Source of the DNA: Acutalibacteraceae bacterium
Lineage (GTDB): Bacteria; Bacillota; Clostridia; Oscillospirales; Acutalibacteraceae
Assembly (NCBI GenBank): GCA_045637925.1
Contig: JAZUAL010000035.1
Span: forward strand, 25,390-89,389
DNA length: 64,000 nucleotides
Direction: 5' to 3'
Shown piece after piece: positions 54,510 to 64,000 of the stretch (positions are counted from its first letter, which is position 1; the number at the start of each line of letters is the position of its first letter). A program made the position numbers and the translations under genes. The notes under the pieces were generated by a model that did not search any database, was not told the DNA's origin, and saw only the letters and a list, made by a program, of their open reading frames with translations.

Positions 54510-55424
54510 ATGGGATTTTTCAGTAAGATTAAAGAAGGACTTAAAAAAACCCGTAATTCCATAGCTGAGGGTGTTAACAACATTGTAAAAAGCTTTACTA
54601 AAATAGACGAGGAGCTTTTTGAGGAGTTAGAAGAAACTCTTATTATGTCTGATATCGGTGTTACAACCTCTTGTGATATTTGTGATATGTTACGCAAAAA
54701 AATAAAGGATACGGGCGAGACTGAACCCAACGCGATTAAGGATATGCTTCGTGAAATAATCACCGAAATGCTGGGTGCTGACGAAGGCTTGAAATTGGTA
54801 ACAAAACCGTCTGTTATACTTGTTATTGGCGTTAACGGTGTTGGCAAAACAACCTCAATAGGAAAAATTGCGGCACAACTCAAAAAGGATGGTAAAAAGG
54901 TGTTTTTGGGTGCCGCCGATACTTTTCGGGCCGCTGCTATTGAGCAGTTGGAAATTTGGGCAGACAGAGCGGGTGTTTCAATGGTTAAAAGTGTTGAAGG
55001 GACCGACCCTGCATCTGTGGTTTTTGATACTATAGCATCCGCAAAGGCACATAATGCAGATGTTATTATATGCGACACAGCAGGCAGGCTTCATAATAAG
55101 AAAAATCTTATGGATGAGCTTGCAAAAATCAACCGAGTTATAGCGCGCGAGTTACCTGATGCTTCAGTGGAAACCCTATTAGTTTTAGATGCCGCTACGG
55201 GACAGAATGCGGTTAATCAAGCTAAAGAATTTAAGAATGTTACAAATATTACGGGTATCGTACTGACTAAGCTTGATGGTACTGCGAAGGGCGGTATAAT
55301 AATTCCAATAAGAAATGAGCTTGACATTCCTGTTAAATATGTTGGCGTAGGAGAGGGAATAGATGATTTGCAACCCTTTAACGCTGAGGATTTTGCCGAA
55401 GGTATTTTCGGTGCGGAGGAATAA
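54510..55424 (+). CDS. ftsY: signal recognition particle receptor FtsY
   Basis: 304 aa, with the NG domain: GVNGVGKTTSIGKIA, DTFRAAA, DTAGR and TKLDGTAKGG. Confidence 0.95.
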   Translation: MGFFSKIKEGLKKTRNSIAEGVNNIVKSFTKIDEELFEELEETLIMSDIGVTTSCDICDMLRKKIKDTGETEPNAIKDMLREIITEMLGADEGLKLVTKPSVILVIGVNGVGKTTSIGKIAAQLKKDGKKVFLGAADTFRAAAIEQLEIWADRAGVSMVKSVEGTDPASVVFDTIASAKAHNADVIICDTAGRLHNKKNLMDELAKINRVIARELPDASVETLLVLDAATGQNAVNQAKEFKNVTNITGIVLTKLDGTAKGGIIIPIRNELDIPVKYVGVGEGIDDLQPFNAEDFAEGIFGAEE

Positions 55425-55425
55425 A

Positions 55426-56013
55426 ATGAAGATATTTATTGCGACCAAAAACAAAAAAAAGCTTGTAGAGCTTGGCAGAATTTTAGAGCCTATGGGCTTT
55501 GAGGTTTTATCGGAAAAAGACTTACCAAAGCCTTTAGAGGAAATAGAAGAAACAGGTACAACTTTTGAAGAAAATGCTATTTTAAAGGCAAAAGCTGGAT
55601 TAAAAGAGACCGGTTATATAAGCGTTGCTGACGATTCGGGTATTTGTGTGGATTATCTTGGCGGAGCTCCCGGAATATATTCCGCTCGGTATTCGGGCGG
55701 TCACGGAAATGACGACGATAATAATAAGAAAATTTTAGAAGAGCTTGTCGGCGTGCCGATGGAACAGAGGACTGCTTATTATGTTGCTGCAATAGCTTGT
55801 GTTTTTCCCGATGGACGCGAATTCACCGTCAGAGGTGAATGTCACGGTCATATAGCTTTCAGTGAATCGGGAAACTGTGGCTTTGGGTACGACCCTTTGT
55901 TTATCAGTGAAAAGGGTTGCTTCGGTCATTTATCTGCCGATGAAAAGGACAGTATAAGTCACAGAGGTAAGGCTTTAAGATTATTTAAGGAAGAATTGGC
56001 TAAATATATTTAA
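55426..56013 (+). CDS. rdgB: non-canonical purine NTP pyrophosphatase RdgB/HAM1
   Basis: MKIFIATKNKKKLVELGRIL, ADDSGICVDYLGGAPGIYSARY, FGYDPLF and SHRGKA are present. The start is taken at ATG 55426, after the ftsY stop. Confidence 0.92.
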   Translation: MKIFIATKNKKKLVELGRILEPMGFEVLSEKDLPKPLEEIEETGTTFEENAILKAKAGLKETGYISVADDSGICVDYLGGAPGIYSARYSGGHGNDDDNNKKILEELVGVPMEQRTAYYVAAIACVFPDGREFTVRGECHGHIAFSESGNCGFGYDPLFISEKGCFGHLSADEKDSISHRGKALRLFKEELAKYI

Positions 56014-56023
56014 GGAGAGATTT

Positions 56024-56317
56024 ATGTTAAATAGCAGACAGCGTGCACAGCTTCGTGCCATGGCAAACGATATGGAAACAATACTTCAGGTGGGAAAAGG
56101 CGGTATAAATGATAACACCTTAAAGCAGGTGCGGGACGCTTTAGAAGCAAGAGAACTTATAAAGCTTCGTGTTTTGGAAACTTCACCCACGAATTCAAGA
56201 GAAACAGCTGACCTTATAGCCGAGGCGGTAGAATGTGATGTTGTTCAGGTTATAGGTACACGTTTCATTCTTTACAAAGAGAGCAATACTAATAAAATAA
56301 TCAAGCTGGTGAAATAA
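56024..56317 (+). CDS. yhbY: YhbY-like CRM-domain RNA-binding protein (ribosome assembly)
   Basis: 97 aa: LNSRQRAQLRAMANDMETILQVGKGGINDNTLKQVRDALEARELIKLRV. Confidence 0.88.
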   Translation: MLNSRQRAQLRAMANDMETILQVGKGGINDNTLKQVRDALEARELIKLRVLETSPTNSRETADLIAEAVECDVVQVIGTRFILYKESNTNKIIKLVK

Positions 56318-56910
56318 TGGCACTAACTGCAATTTTCGGGGGTACTTTTAATCCTTTTCATATAGGTCACTATGAAATGTTAACGGCCTTACAAATAGAA
56401 GAGGAAATTGAAAAAATTTTTGTTATGCCTGATAAAATACCACCACATAAGGTTTGCGATTTTTTAGCTGATGATAATATCAGAATTGAAATGTGTCGTA
56501 TTGCTTGTGATGATTTCAGCAAGGCGGAGCTTTGCCTTATTGAGTTTGAACGTGAGGGGAAAAGCTATAGCTACGATACGGTTATCGATTTAAAGCAAAG
56601 ATACAAAGATAAAAACTTTGTTTTTGTTTGCGGTGGAGATATGCTTGTGACCTTTGACAGATGGTATAAATACGAGGAACTGATGAAGCAAGTACCGTTT
56701 ATTGCTTTCAGACGAAGTGATATCGATAATTCTTTATTTGACAGTTGTGTAAAAAAGCTATCAGATAAGGGTATGCGTATTACCGTTATGGAAGAAATTA
56801 TATCTGCTGTTTCTTCTACCGAAATCAGAAATGATTGGTGTCGCGCTAAAGAATTTTTGCCACTAAAGGTTTTTGAATTCTTGAACGAAAGGGGAGTATA
56901 TAATGGATAA
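56317..56910 (+). CDS. nadD: nicotinate-nucleotide adenylyltransferase
   Basis: 197 aa, with GGTFNPFHIGH and SSTEIR motifs. Confidence 0.92.
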   Translation: MALTAIFGGTFNPFHIGHYEMLTALQIEEEIEKIFVMPDKIPPHKVCDFLADDNIRIEMCRIACDDFSKAELCLIEFEREGKSYSYDTVIDLKQRYKDKNFVFVCGGDMLVTFDRWYKYEELMKQVPFIAFRRSDIDNSLFDSCVKKLSDKGMRITVMEEIISAVSSTEIRNDWCRAKEFLPLKVFEFLNERGVYNG

Positions 56911-57487
56911 AAGTTATGATACCTATAAAGAAATCTTAAAATCAAGGCTTAATGAAAAACGCTATTATCATTCCCTTTGTGTTGCGGACGAGGCTGAGCG
57001 GCTGGCAATAAAGTACGGTGGTGATATTGAGAAGTGCTACCTTGCAGGGTTGCTTCACGATATAACAAAAAACGCATCAGAGGAAGAACACTTGCAAATT
57101 TTTACAGGCTTTGGTATAATGCTAAACGATATTGAAAAAAATGCTAAAAAGCTATGGCATGCCATATCGGGCGTTGAGTTTATAAAAAATATTTTAAAGA
57201 TTGATGACCCTGAACTTTTAGACGCAGTCCGTTATCACACAACTGCTAAGAAAAATATGTCACTTACTGCAAAGATTTTATATCTTGCAGATTTTACCTC
57301 ACTTGACAGGGATTATGATGATGTTGAGGTAATTAGAGAACTTGTTAATAAATCGATTGAGGATGCTATGGTTTATGCTTTAAAGTATTCTATAACTGAT
57401 TTAGTTGAGCAGTCTAAAGCAATTCATTTTGATACTTTAGATGCATACAATGAGGTATGTATGGGAGGAAACAATGGAAGCATTTGA
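56903..57487 (+). CDS. yqeK: YqeK HD-domain phosphohydrolase (bis(5'-nucleosyl)-tetraphosphatase type)
   Basis: 194 aa, with RYYHSLCVADEAERLA, GLLHDITK and the conserved position after nadD. Confidence 0.88.
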   Translation: MDKSYDTYKEILKSRLNEKRYYHSLCVADEAERLAIKYGGDIEKCYLAGLLHDITKNASEEEHLQIFTGFGIMLNDIEKNAKKLWHAISGVEFIKNILKIDDPELLDAVRYHTTAKKNMSLTAKILYLADFTSLDRDYDDVEVIRELVNKSIEDAMVYALKYSITDLVEQSKAIHFDTLDAYNEVCMGGNNGSI

Positions 57488-57839
57488 AATTTTAAAAATT
57501 GCTGCTAACTCATTAAACGAGAAGAAAGCTAAAGAAATTTTAGGAGTTAAGATTGACAGTTTAACCGTTTTAACAGAGTATTTTTTAATCTGCACCGCAG
57601 GTTCTACAACACAGCTTCGTGCTTTTTGCGACGAGGTCGAGGAAAAGCTAGAGGAAAATGGAGTAAAACCTCATCATATTGAGGGTAAAACTACCGGTTG
57701 GGTATGCTTGGATTACGGTTCGGTTATAATTCATATCTTCACACGCGACCAAAGAGAATTCTACGGTCTTGATAAAATGTGGAGTGACGGCGAGATTGTT
57801 AATATGGAAGAAATTCTTACTAACGCTTTGGAGGACTAA
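57474..57839 (+). CDS. rsfS: ribosome silencing factor RsfS
   Basis: [26 protein letters not shown]...[29 protein letters not shown] is present. The start is taken at the internal ATG 57474. Confidence 0.9.
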   Translation: MEAFEILKIAANSLNEKKAKEILGVKIDSLTVLTEYFLICTAGSTTQLRAFCDEVEEKLEENGVKPHHIEGKTTGWVCLDYGSVIIHIFTRDQREFYGLDKMWSDGEIVNMEEILTNALED

Positions 57840-57841
57840 AA

Positions 57842-60253
57842 ATGAGAAATTACGATTATGCACAAATAGAAAAGAAATGGCAGCAAATTTGGGATGAAAA
57901 AGACACGTTTGCCGCTAAGAACGATTATTCTTTGCCCAAATTTTACGGATTGGTTGAGTTTCCTTATCCTTCGGGTCAGGGTTTGCACGTAGGTCATCCC
58001 CGTTCGTATACTGCTATTGATATTGTTTGTCGTAAAAAGCGTTTACAAGGATATAACGTTCTTTATCCTATGGGATGGGATGCGTTCGGTCTTCCCACTG
58101 AAAACTTTGCAATAAAAAATCATATTCACCCAGCGGTCGTAACCGAGAACAATATTGCCAATTTTAAAAGGCAGCTAAAGTCTTTGGGCTTTTCTTTTGA
58201 TTGGAACAGGGAAGTTAATACCACAGACCCATCATATTATAAATGGACCCAATGGATTTTCTTACAGCTATTTAAAAAGGGACTGGCATATAAAAAGGAA
58301 ATGTCGGTAAACTGGTGTACCTCATGTAAGTGTGTGCTTGCAAACGAAGAGGTTGTTGGCGGTGTTTGTGAACGTTGCGGCAGTGAGGTTGTTCAAAAGG
58401 AAAAAAGCCAATGGATGCTTAAAATTACCGATTATGCTGAAAAGCTTTTAGACGGTCTTGAAGAGGTTGATTTTATTGAACGCGTTAAAACTCAGCAACG
58501 CAATTGGATTGGCCGCTCTTACGGTACACAGGTCACCTTCAGCACTAATATCGGTGATACCTTTGAAATTTTCACAACCCGTGCGGATACTCTTTTTGGT
58601 GCTACCTATATGGTAATGTCGCCAGAACATCCTTTGCTCGAAAAATGGGCTGATAAGATTGAAAACTACAGCGAGGTTACCGAATATAAAGCACAGGCCG
58701 CTAAAAAGTCTGACTTTGAGAGGACCGAGCTTGCTAAGGATAAAACAGGTGTTAAGCTTTTGGGCGTTACCGCAATAAACCCCGTTAATAACACTGAAAT
58801 TCCGATTTTTATTTCGGATTATGTACTTATTTCATATGGCACAGGTGCTATTATGGCTGTTCCTGCTCACGATACACGTGACTGGGATTTTGCAAAGAAA
58901 TTTGGTCTGCCTATTGTTGAGGTTGTTGCAGGCGGTGAAGATGTTCAAAAAGAAGCTTACACCGAATGTGCATCAGGAACCCTTGTTAATTCGGATTTCC
59001 TTAACGGGCTTTCAGTAGAAGATGCTAAGAAAAAAATACAGGAGTGGCTTACCGAAAAGGGTATTGGATCAGTAAAAACAAATTATAAGCTTCGTGACTG
59101 GGTGTTCTCACGTCAAAGATATTGGGGCGAGCCAATTCCCATGGTTTACTGTGAGAAGTGCGGATATGTGCCATTACCTGAGAGCGAGCTTCCTTTGATG
59201 CTTCCAAATGTTGATTCCTATGAGCCCACTGATAACGGTGAATCACCCTTGGCAAAAATCACAGATTGGGTAAATACAACCTGTCCACACTGCGGTGCTC
59301 CTGCAAAGCGTGAAACCGATACTATGCCTCAATGGGCAGGCTCTTCTTGGTATTTCTTAAGATACTGCGACCCACACAATGATAAAGAATTAGCTTCTAA
59401 AGAGGCTTTGGAATATTGGAGCCCGATTGATTGGTATAACGGTGGTATGGAGCATACCACACTGCATCTGCTTTATAGTCGCTTCTGGCATAAATTCCTT
59501 TATGATATCGGTGTTGTTCCAACTGCTGAACCATATGGTAAGCGTACAAGCCATGGTATGATTTTGGGTGAAAACGGAGAAAAAATGTCCAAATCACGTG
59601 GCAATGTGGTAAACCCAGATGAAATCATTGAAAATTATGGTGCCGATACTATGCGTGTTTATGAAATGTTTATTGGTGACTTTGAAAAGGCTGCACCTTG
59701 GAGTCAGTCTTCAATTAAGGGTAGTAAGCGGTTTCTTGATAAGGTTTGGGCTTTGTTAGAAAATATCACTGATGACAGCGGTTACAGAAGTGAGCTTGAG
59801 GCTGAGTTCCACCGCACAATTAAAAAGGTCACAGAGGATATAGAGGGCCTTAAAATGAATACCGCTATTGCAGCGCTTATGTCTTTGCTTAATTCTATTC
59901 AAAGCAGCGGTAAAATCACTAAGGATGAATTTAAAACATTTATTATTCTTCTTAATCCTTTTGCTCCTCATATTACTGAAGAATTGTGGACTGAAGCGGG
60001 CTTTGACGGTATGCTTAACGAAACTGTGTGGCCAGAGTTTGACGAGGCAAAGTGCATTGATGCTACTGTTGAAATTGTAGTGCAGGTAAACGGTAAAATA
60101 AAGGCAAGAATTAATATTCCTACCGATATTTCTGCTCCTGACGCTATATCTATGGCTAAGGCTGTGGAAACGGTTTGCGGAGAAATTTCAGGCAAAAATA
60201 TCGTAAAAGAGCTTTATGTTCCTAAAAAACTTGTAAACATAGTTGTAAAATAA
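57842..60253 (+). CDS. leuS: leucine--tRNA ligase
   Basis: 803 aa, with the HIGH motif (LHVGHPRSY), the CP1 editing domain and KMSKS. Confidence 0.97.
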   Translation: MRNYDYAQIEKKWQQIWDEKDTFAAKNDYSLPKFYGLVEFPYPSGQGLHVGHPRSYTAIDIVCRKKRLQGYNVLYPMGWDAFGLPTENFAIKNHIHPAVVTENNIANFKRQLKSLGFSFDWNREVNTTDPSYYKWTQWIFLQLFKKGLAYKKEMSVNWCTSCKCVLANEEVVGGVCERCGSEVVQKEKSQWMLKITDYAEKLLDGLEEVDFIERVKTQQRNWIGRSYGTQVTFSTNIGDTFEIFTTRADTLFGATYMVMSPEHPLLEKWADKIENYSEVTEYKAQAAKKSDFERTELAKDKTGVKLLGVTAINPVNNTEIPIFISDYVLISYGTGAIMAVPAHDTRDWDFAKKFGLPIVEVVAGGEDVQKEAYTECASGTLVNSDFLNGLSVEDAKKKIQEWLTEKGIGSVKTNYKLRDWVFSRQRYWGEPIPMVYCEKCGYVPLPESELPLMLPNVDSYEPTDNGESPLAKITDWVNTTCPHCGAPAKRETDTMPQWAGSSWYFLRYCDPHNDKELASKEALEYWSPIDWYNGGMEHTTLHLLYSRFWHKFLYDIGVVPTAEPYGKRTSHGMILGENGEKMSKSRGNVVNPDEIIENYGADTMRVYEMFIGDFEKAAPWSQSSIKGSKRFLDKVWALLENITDDSGYRSELEAEFHRTIKKVTEDIEGLKMNTAIAALMSLLNSIQSSGKITKDEFKTFIILLNPFAPHITEELWTEAGFDGMLNETVWPEFDEAKCIDATVEIVVQVNGKIKARINIPTDISAPDAISMAKAVETVCGEISGKNIVKELYVPKKLVNIVVK

Positions 60254-60274
60254 TTAATTTTTGCAAAAAAAATG

Positions 60275-60303
60275 TTGCAAAATTAATAAGTATGTGTTAT
60301 TAT
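60275..60303 (+). promoter_or_regulatory. secG promoter candidate
   Basis: TTGCAA (60275-60280), 17 nt, TATTAT (60298-60303). Confidence 0.45.
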
Positions 60304-60367
60304 GTTTTTAAGCGTTGCCACTAGTGGCTTTGCTTTGTATGTTATTCGTATTTTGGAGGTGAAATAG

Positions 60368-60616
60368 ATGAGCGCAGTTGAAATTATTTTGGGTATTTTG
60401 GTTATACTGGTTTCCCTTATCATAATAGTTGCGATTCTTCTTCAACCCGGTCGTCGCGCAGGCATAAATGGCGCCATCTCCGGTGGTTCTGATACTTTTC
60501 TTTCTAAGAATAAGGCCAGAACTTTTGATGCCTTTTTGGCACGTTGGACAAAGTATGTAGCAATACTTTTCTTTATCCTTGCCATTGTGGCTAATGTTAT
60601 TGCTTTAAGAGGTTAA
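60368..60616 (+). CDS. secG: preprotein translocase subunit SecG
   Basis: The 82-aa protein has two TM segments flanking the Gly-rich loop LLQPGRRAGINGAISGGSDTFL. GGAGGTG SD. Confidence 0.9.
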   Translation: MSAVEIILGILVILVSLIIIVAILLQPGRRAGINGAISGGSDTFLSKNKARTFDAFLARWTKYVAILFFILAIVANVIALRG

Positions 60617-60698
60617 TAATTTATTACCTTTTCTTTTAAGGCTATCTGCCTAATATTATGTAAGACCCCTGCTATTAATGCGGAGGGAGGGAATGTGA

Positions 60699-60875
60699 AT
60701 GAGTCAAGTAAGAATTAAAGAAAACGAATCACTTGATAATGCTTTGCGCCGTTTTAAGAGACAAACTGCTAAGGATGGCGTTATTCAAGAAGTTCGTAAG
60801 AGAGAGCATTATGAAAAGCCCTCTGTAAAACGTAAAAAGAAGTCGGAAGCTGCTCGTAAAAGAAAGTTCCGCTAA
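60699..60875 (+). CDS. rpsU: 30S ribosomal protein S21
   Basis: This is missing from the ORF track (58 aa, below the 60-aa cutoff). My translation is [70 protein letters not shown] lies 7 nt upstream. Confidence 0.93.
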   Translation: MSQVRIKENESLDNALRRFKRQTAKDGVIQEVRKREHYEKPSVKRKKKSEAARKRKFR

Positions 60876-60884
60876 TAAGACTGA

Positions 60885-60916
60885 AAAGCGGTTATTTTTA
60901 ACCGCTTTTTATTTTA
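60885..60916 (+). terminator. intrinsic terminator after rpsU
   Basis: AAAGCGGTT (60885-60893) pairs with AACCGCTTT (60900-60908). The tail is TTATTTT. Confidence 0.8.
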
Positions 60917-60937
60917 TGTTATTTTTAAGGTGATAAA

Positions 60938-61435
60938 ATGTTTAAACCCGAGATTAAATTAGAGCGTGTTACGGATATTACTCCTAATATCCTTAAAAAA
61001 TATAATATAAATGCATTGATTTTGGATGTAGATAACACCCTTTCTACCCACCACGGACATATTCTTACCGATGGACTTCCTGAATGGTTAAAATTGATGC
61101 AAGACAGCGGTGTAAAACTTATAATTCTTTCTAATTCCAAGGAGAATAGGGTAAAACCGTTTGCTGAGAAAATCAATTTGCCATACATAAGCCTGGGTTT
61201 AAAGCCATTGCCTTCGGGATATATCAAGGCTTTAAAGGCATTGCGTACAAAAAGGCGTGAAACAGCTATTGTTGGTGACCAAATTTTTACCGATGTTTTA
61301 GGCGGTAGGATGGTAGGCGTCAGAACAATTTTGCTCACCCCCATTAAGCTTGAAACTACTTGGGGCTTTAGATTTAAACGTAGAGTTGAACGAATTTTGT
61401 ACAAGCTTCTTGAAATTAAGAATACTGAGGTGTGA
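60938..61435 (+). CDS. yqeG: YqeG family HAD-IIIA phosphatase
   Basis: 165 aa, with LILDVDNTL, ILSNS and VGDQIFTDVLGG. Confidence 0.88.
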   Translation: MFKPEIKLERVTDITPNILKKYNINALILDVDNTLSTHHGHILTDGLPEWLKLMQDSGVKLIILSNSKENRVKPFAEKINLPYISLGLKPLPSGYIKALKALRTKRRETAIVGDQIFTDVLGGRMVGVRTILLTPIKLETTWGFRFKRRVERILYKLLEIKNTEV

Positions 61436-61438
61436 TAA

Positions 61439-62305
61439 ATGAGTGCTTTTTTTGGTCCCGCGGGAAATTCAGAAAGCTTTGCAGCGCTTGGATATAAAAG
61501 TAGTTTAGATGTGCCAGAATACGTGGTTAGAATGGGACTTGACTGTTTTGAATACCAATGTGGCAGAGGGGTAAACATCGGTGAAGAAAAGGCAATAGCT
61601 TTAGGTAAAAAGGCTGCCGAAAAGGGAATAAAGTTATCGTTACATGCACCTTATTATATTTCAATGTCTTCGGTTGAGGAAGAAAAGCGTCTTAATTCTA
61701 TTAACTACATTTTAGCCTCGGCTAAGGCTGTAAAGGCTATGGGCGGTGACCGTATTGTTGTGCATACAGGCTCTTGTGGTAAAATCAGTCGCGAACAGGC
61801 CTTGGAATTAGCATCCGATACAATGAAGTTAGCACTTAAAGCTCTTGATGAAAACGGGCTTTCAGAAGTTCATATTTGTCCTGAAACTATGGGAAAGGTT
61901 AATCAATTAGGAACACTTTATGAGGTATTAGAACTTTGTAAAATCGATGAAAGACTTATACCTTGTATTGATTTCGGTCATCTTAATGCCAGAGATTTAG
62001 GAATTATTAAATCAAAGGCAGATTTTGAAAATATTTTTACTAATATTAGAAACGCTTTGGGCACAGAGCGCCTTAAAAATTTTCATTCCCATTTTTCAAA
62101 AATAGAGTATACAACGGGTGGAGAAAAGCGTCATCTCACCTTTGAGGATATAGTTTACGGTCCTGATTTTGAGCCACTTATGGAGCTTACTTATAAGTAT
62201 GGTTTAAGTCCTATATTTATATGTGAGTCCGCGGGCACTCAGGCAGAGGATGCAAAGCAAATGAAAGATTATTATCTTTCGCTTAAAAAGGAGAACAGTT
62301 TATGA
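61439..62305 (+). CDS. xylose-isomerase-like TIM-barrel protein, endonuclease IV (AP endonuclease 2) related
   Basis: The 288-aa ORF shows the metal-ligand pattern LSLHAPYYI, VVHTGS, ICPETMG, IDFGHLNA, FHSHFS and ICES. This resembles Nfo-family barrels. Confidence 0.6.
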   Translation: MSAFFGPAGNSESFAALGYKSSLDVPEYVVRMGLDCFEYQCGRGVNIGEEKAIALGKKAAEKGIKLSLHAPYYISMSSVEEEKRLNSINYILASAKAVKAMGGDRIVVHTGSCGKISREQALELASDTMKLALKALDENGLSEVHICPETMGKVNQLGTLYEVLELCKIDERLIPCIDFGHLNARDLGIIKSKADFENIFTNIRNALGTERLKNFHSHFSKIEYTTGGEKRHLTFEDIVYGPDFEPLMELTYKYGLSPIFICESAGTQAEDAKQMKDYYLSLKKENSL

Positions 62306-64000
62306 TTTGGCATAGTGTAACTGCAGAAGAGGTTTTAAGCGAACTTCAGGTTGATGCGAATGCGGGCCTTGCAAACGGTGTAGCAGACCTAAGACTTGAA
62401 GATTCACAGGAAAACGTGATATCACGTATAGAAAGACCAAGCTTTTTAGAATGCTTTTTAAATCAGCTTAAAAGCAAGCTTGTGATTTTCCTTATAATAA
62501 CAGCAATAGCTTCGTTAGTGGTATCAATTATGTATCAAGCGGTTAATTTGTATTCACCGCTTTTGATTATTGCTATTGTTGCTATAAATGCTGTTATAAG
62601 CGCTTATCATATATATACCTGTAATAAAACTCTGGATAGTATAAAACAGATTACTAACCCAACGGCAACGGTTCTGCGTGACGGTATTATAAAATCTGTA
62701 AATGCAGCAACCTTGGTTCCGGGTGATATCATTTTGCTCGAAGAGGGAGATTATATTTCTGCTGATGCACGTCTTATTGAATCTAATGAATTCAGATGCA
62801 GTGAAACCGTGCTTACGGGGGTTGAGGTGCCTGTTGAAAAAAATCCTAATATGATTTTTGAAGAAATTACTACAGTTGAAAAGCGAAGTAATATGATTTT
62901 TTCTGGCTGCAGTGTAGTACACGGTACTGCAAAGGCGGTTGTGGTTGCGACAGGTCTTAACAGCGAGCTTGGTAGGACTTCAGCAATTTTGCAGCAAACA
63001 GGCGAGGATAGATTGCCGCTTCAAAATCAACTGGAGGGTATTGGCAAGGTTGTAAATGTTGCAATAATTTTGGTTTGCTTTGTTGTGTTCTTGATTTCTA
63101 TAATACAAAATTTCGGTGCTGAGCAATTTGCAAGTATGACGGTGGACAACCTTATGAATTCAGTTGCTTTGGCAGTTGCCGCTATTCCTGAGGGCTTGCC
63201 TGCAATAACTACAATAGTTATTGCTATAGGAATGCACCGTATTTTAAGTGATAATATCGTTGTTAAGGATGCTTCTGCGGCTGAATTATTGGGAAAAACA
63301 GATGTTATTTGTTGTGATAAAACAGGTGTTTTCACAAGAAATAAAATGGTGTTAAGCAGAATTTTTGATGGCAAGAAAATAACGGATTTGAATAAAGATG
63401 CTATTGATGAAACCTCGGCGCTGATTTTAAAGCTAGCAACCGCTTGCTCAACACTTAATAATGACTCAACCGAAAATGCTATTGAAAAGGCTTGTCTAGC
63501 CTATAATTCAATGACTTTAAAGGATCTAAATGCGATTTTTCCACATATAGCTGAAATCCCTTTTGATTTGGACCGCAAGACAATGACGGTTATTACAATG
63601 ATAAATGAAAAGCCCTTTGCTATCGTAAAGGGTGCACCTGAATCAGTTATCCCTAACTGTAAGGGTTGTAAAGGGGATGAAATCTTAAAGGTTAATAACA
63701 CTTTGGCTGATGAAGCCTTTAGAATAGTTAGCATAGCTATGAAGCCTCTTGATACTATTCCTGCAAATCCTAATTCAGAGGAAATTGAAAAGGATTTAAC
63801 TTTTGTTGGGTTATTAGCATTTGATGACCCGCCGCGCGAGGGAGTTATCGATGAAATTGCCGCTTGTGATATGGCCGGCATAAAGACGGTAATGGTTACG
63901 GGCGATAATCTTAATACCGCAAAAGCAATAGCTAGAAGAATTGGTATTTTAAAAGATGGTACAATGGCAATAACGGGTGCTGAGCTTGCTGAAATGAGTG
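62302..64000 (+). CDS. P-type cation-transporting ATPase (Ca2+/PMCA-SERCA-like, type IIA); 3' end beyond the window
   Basis: Not in the ORF track because it is open at the edge. My translation is MIWHSVTAEEVLSELQVDANAGL..., TGESVPV-like TGVEVPVEK, PEGLPA, the phosphorylation motif CDKTGVFTRNKM, and MVTGDNLNTAKAIARRIGI. ATGA overlap with the upstream gene; AAGGAG SD. Confidence 0.88.
   Translation, partial: MIWHSVTAEEVLSELQVDANAGLANGVADLRLEDSQENVISRIERPSFLECFLNQLKSKLVIFLIITAIASLVVSIMYQAVNLYSPLLIIAIVAINAVISAYHIYTCNKTLDSIKQITNPTATVLRDGIIKSVNAATLVPGDIILLEEGDYISADARLIESNEFRCSETVLTGVEVPVEKNPNMIFEEITTVEKRSNMIFSGCSVVHGTAKAVVVATGLNSELGRTSAILQQTGEDRLPLQNQLEGIGKVVNVAIILVCFVVFLISIIQNFGAEQFASMTVDNLMNSVALAVAAIPEGLPAITTIVIAIGMHRILSDNIVVKDASAAELLGKTDVICCDKTGVFTRNKMVLSRIFDGKKITDLNKDAIDETSALILKLATACSTLNNDSTENAIEKACLAYNSMTLKDLNAIFPHIAEIPFDLDRKTMTVITMINEKPFAIVKGAPESVIPNCKGCKGDEILKVNNTLADEAFRIVSIAMKPLDTIPANPNSEEIEKDLTFVGLLAFDDPPREGVIDEIAACDMAGIKTVMVTGDNLNTAKAIARRIGILKDGTMAITGAELAEMS

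Noticed and set aside
60315-60332. The perfect 12-nt palindrome GCCACTAGTGGC in the secG leader.
   Set aside because: As RNA it can form only a 4-bp stem with a 4-nt loop, and no U-tail follows directly. It is too short to call an operator or terminator without comparative support.
60639-60666. TTATGTAAGAC in the secG-rpsU spacer resembles the XerD arm of Firmicute dif (TTATGTAAACT).
   Set aside because: The would-be left arm (GGCTATCTGCC) has no similarity to the XerC arm and lacks the inner CATAA inverted repeat. Only one half-site matches, so this is probably chance in AT-rich DNA.
1-64000. A scan for CRISPR arrays, IS/transposase genes, integrases, prophage modules, toxin-antitoxin pairs, tRNA and rRNA genes.
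   Set aside because: None was recognised. All intergenic regions are shorter than 270 nt and are accounted for by promoters, leaders and terminators. No direct-repeat arrays or terminal inverted repeats were seen.

Overview
This 64-kb window is a low-GC chromosomal core region of a spore-forming Firmicute. It looks like Clostridia, possibly Oscillospiraceae/Ruminococcaceae, but that placement comes only from gene content and order. Almost all of it is densely packed housekeeping genes.

Gene content, in order along the window:
- Sporulation and replication end: sleB and spoIIE, comM, the dnaX-ybaB-recR cluster preceded by an SRP RNA, rpsO-pnp, and a fused MacB-type ABC transporter.
- Central part: a Na/Pi-PhoU transporter, glyQS, a SEDS protein, and tsaE-tsaB-rpiB-upp.
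- Aromatic pathway: a nine-gene operon encoding the whole shikimate pathway plus the Phe/Tyr branches and an aminotransferase.
- Next: an amino-acid ABC importer followed by a YerC/TrpR-like gene, then infC-rpmI-rplT.
- Right-hand end: trmH-dprA-topA-trmFO-plsX-rnc-(radical SAM)-smc-ftsY, rdgB-yhbY-nadD-yqeK-rsfS-leuS, secG, rpsU, yqeG, and the start of a P-type cation ATPase.

I saw no CRISPR array, IS element, prophage, tRNA or rRNA gene.

Observations most worth following up:
1. A 23-codon Tyr/Phe-rich leader ORF with a terminator hairpin sits upstream of the aromatic operon. It was not in the ORF track. It is a candidate ribosome-mediated attenuator.
2. The substrate-binding lipoprotein of the adjacent ABC importer has its two sequence halves in swapped order, an apparent circular permutation.
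3. The pnp leader contains a hairpin of about 32 bp that is strand-asymmetric because of G.U pairs.
4. The spoIIE promoter has consensus hexamers separated by a 21-bp spacer.
5. infC uses an ATT start behind an L20-type leader terminator.

All functional calls rest on motif and family recognition by eye. No database search or RNA folding program was run.
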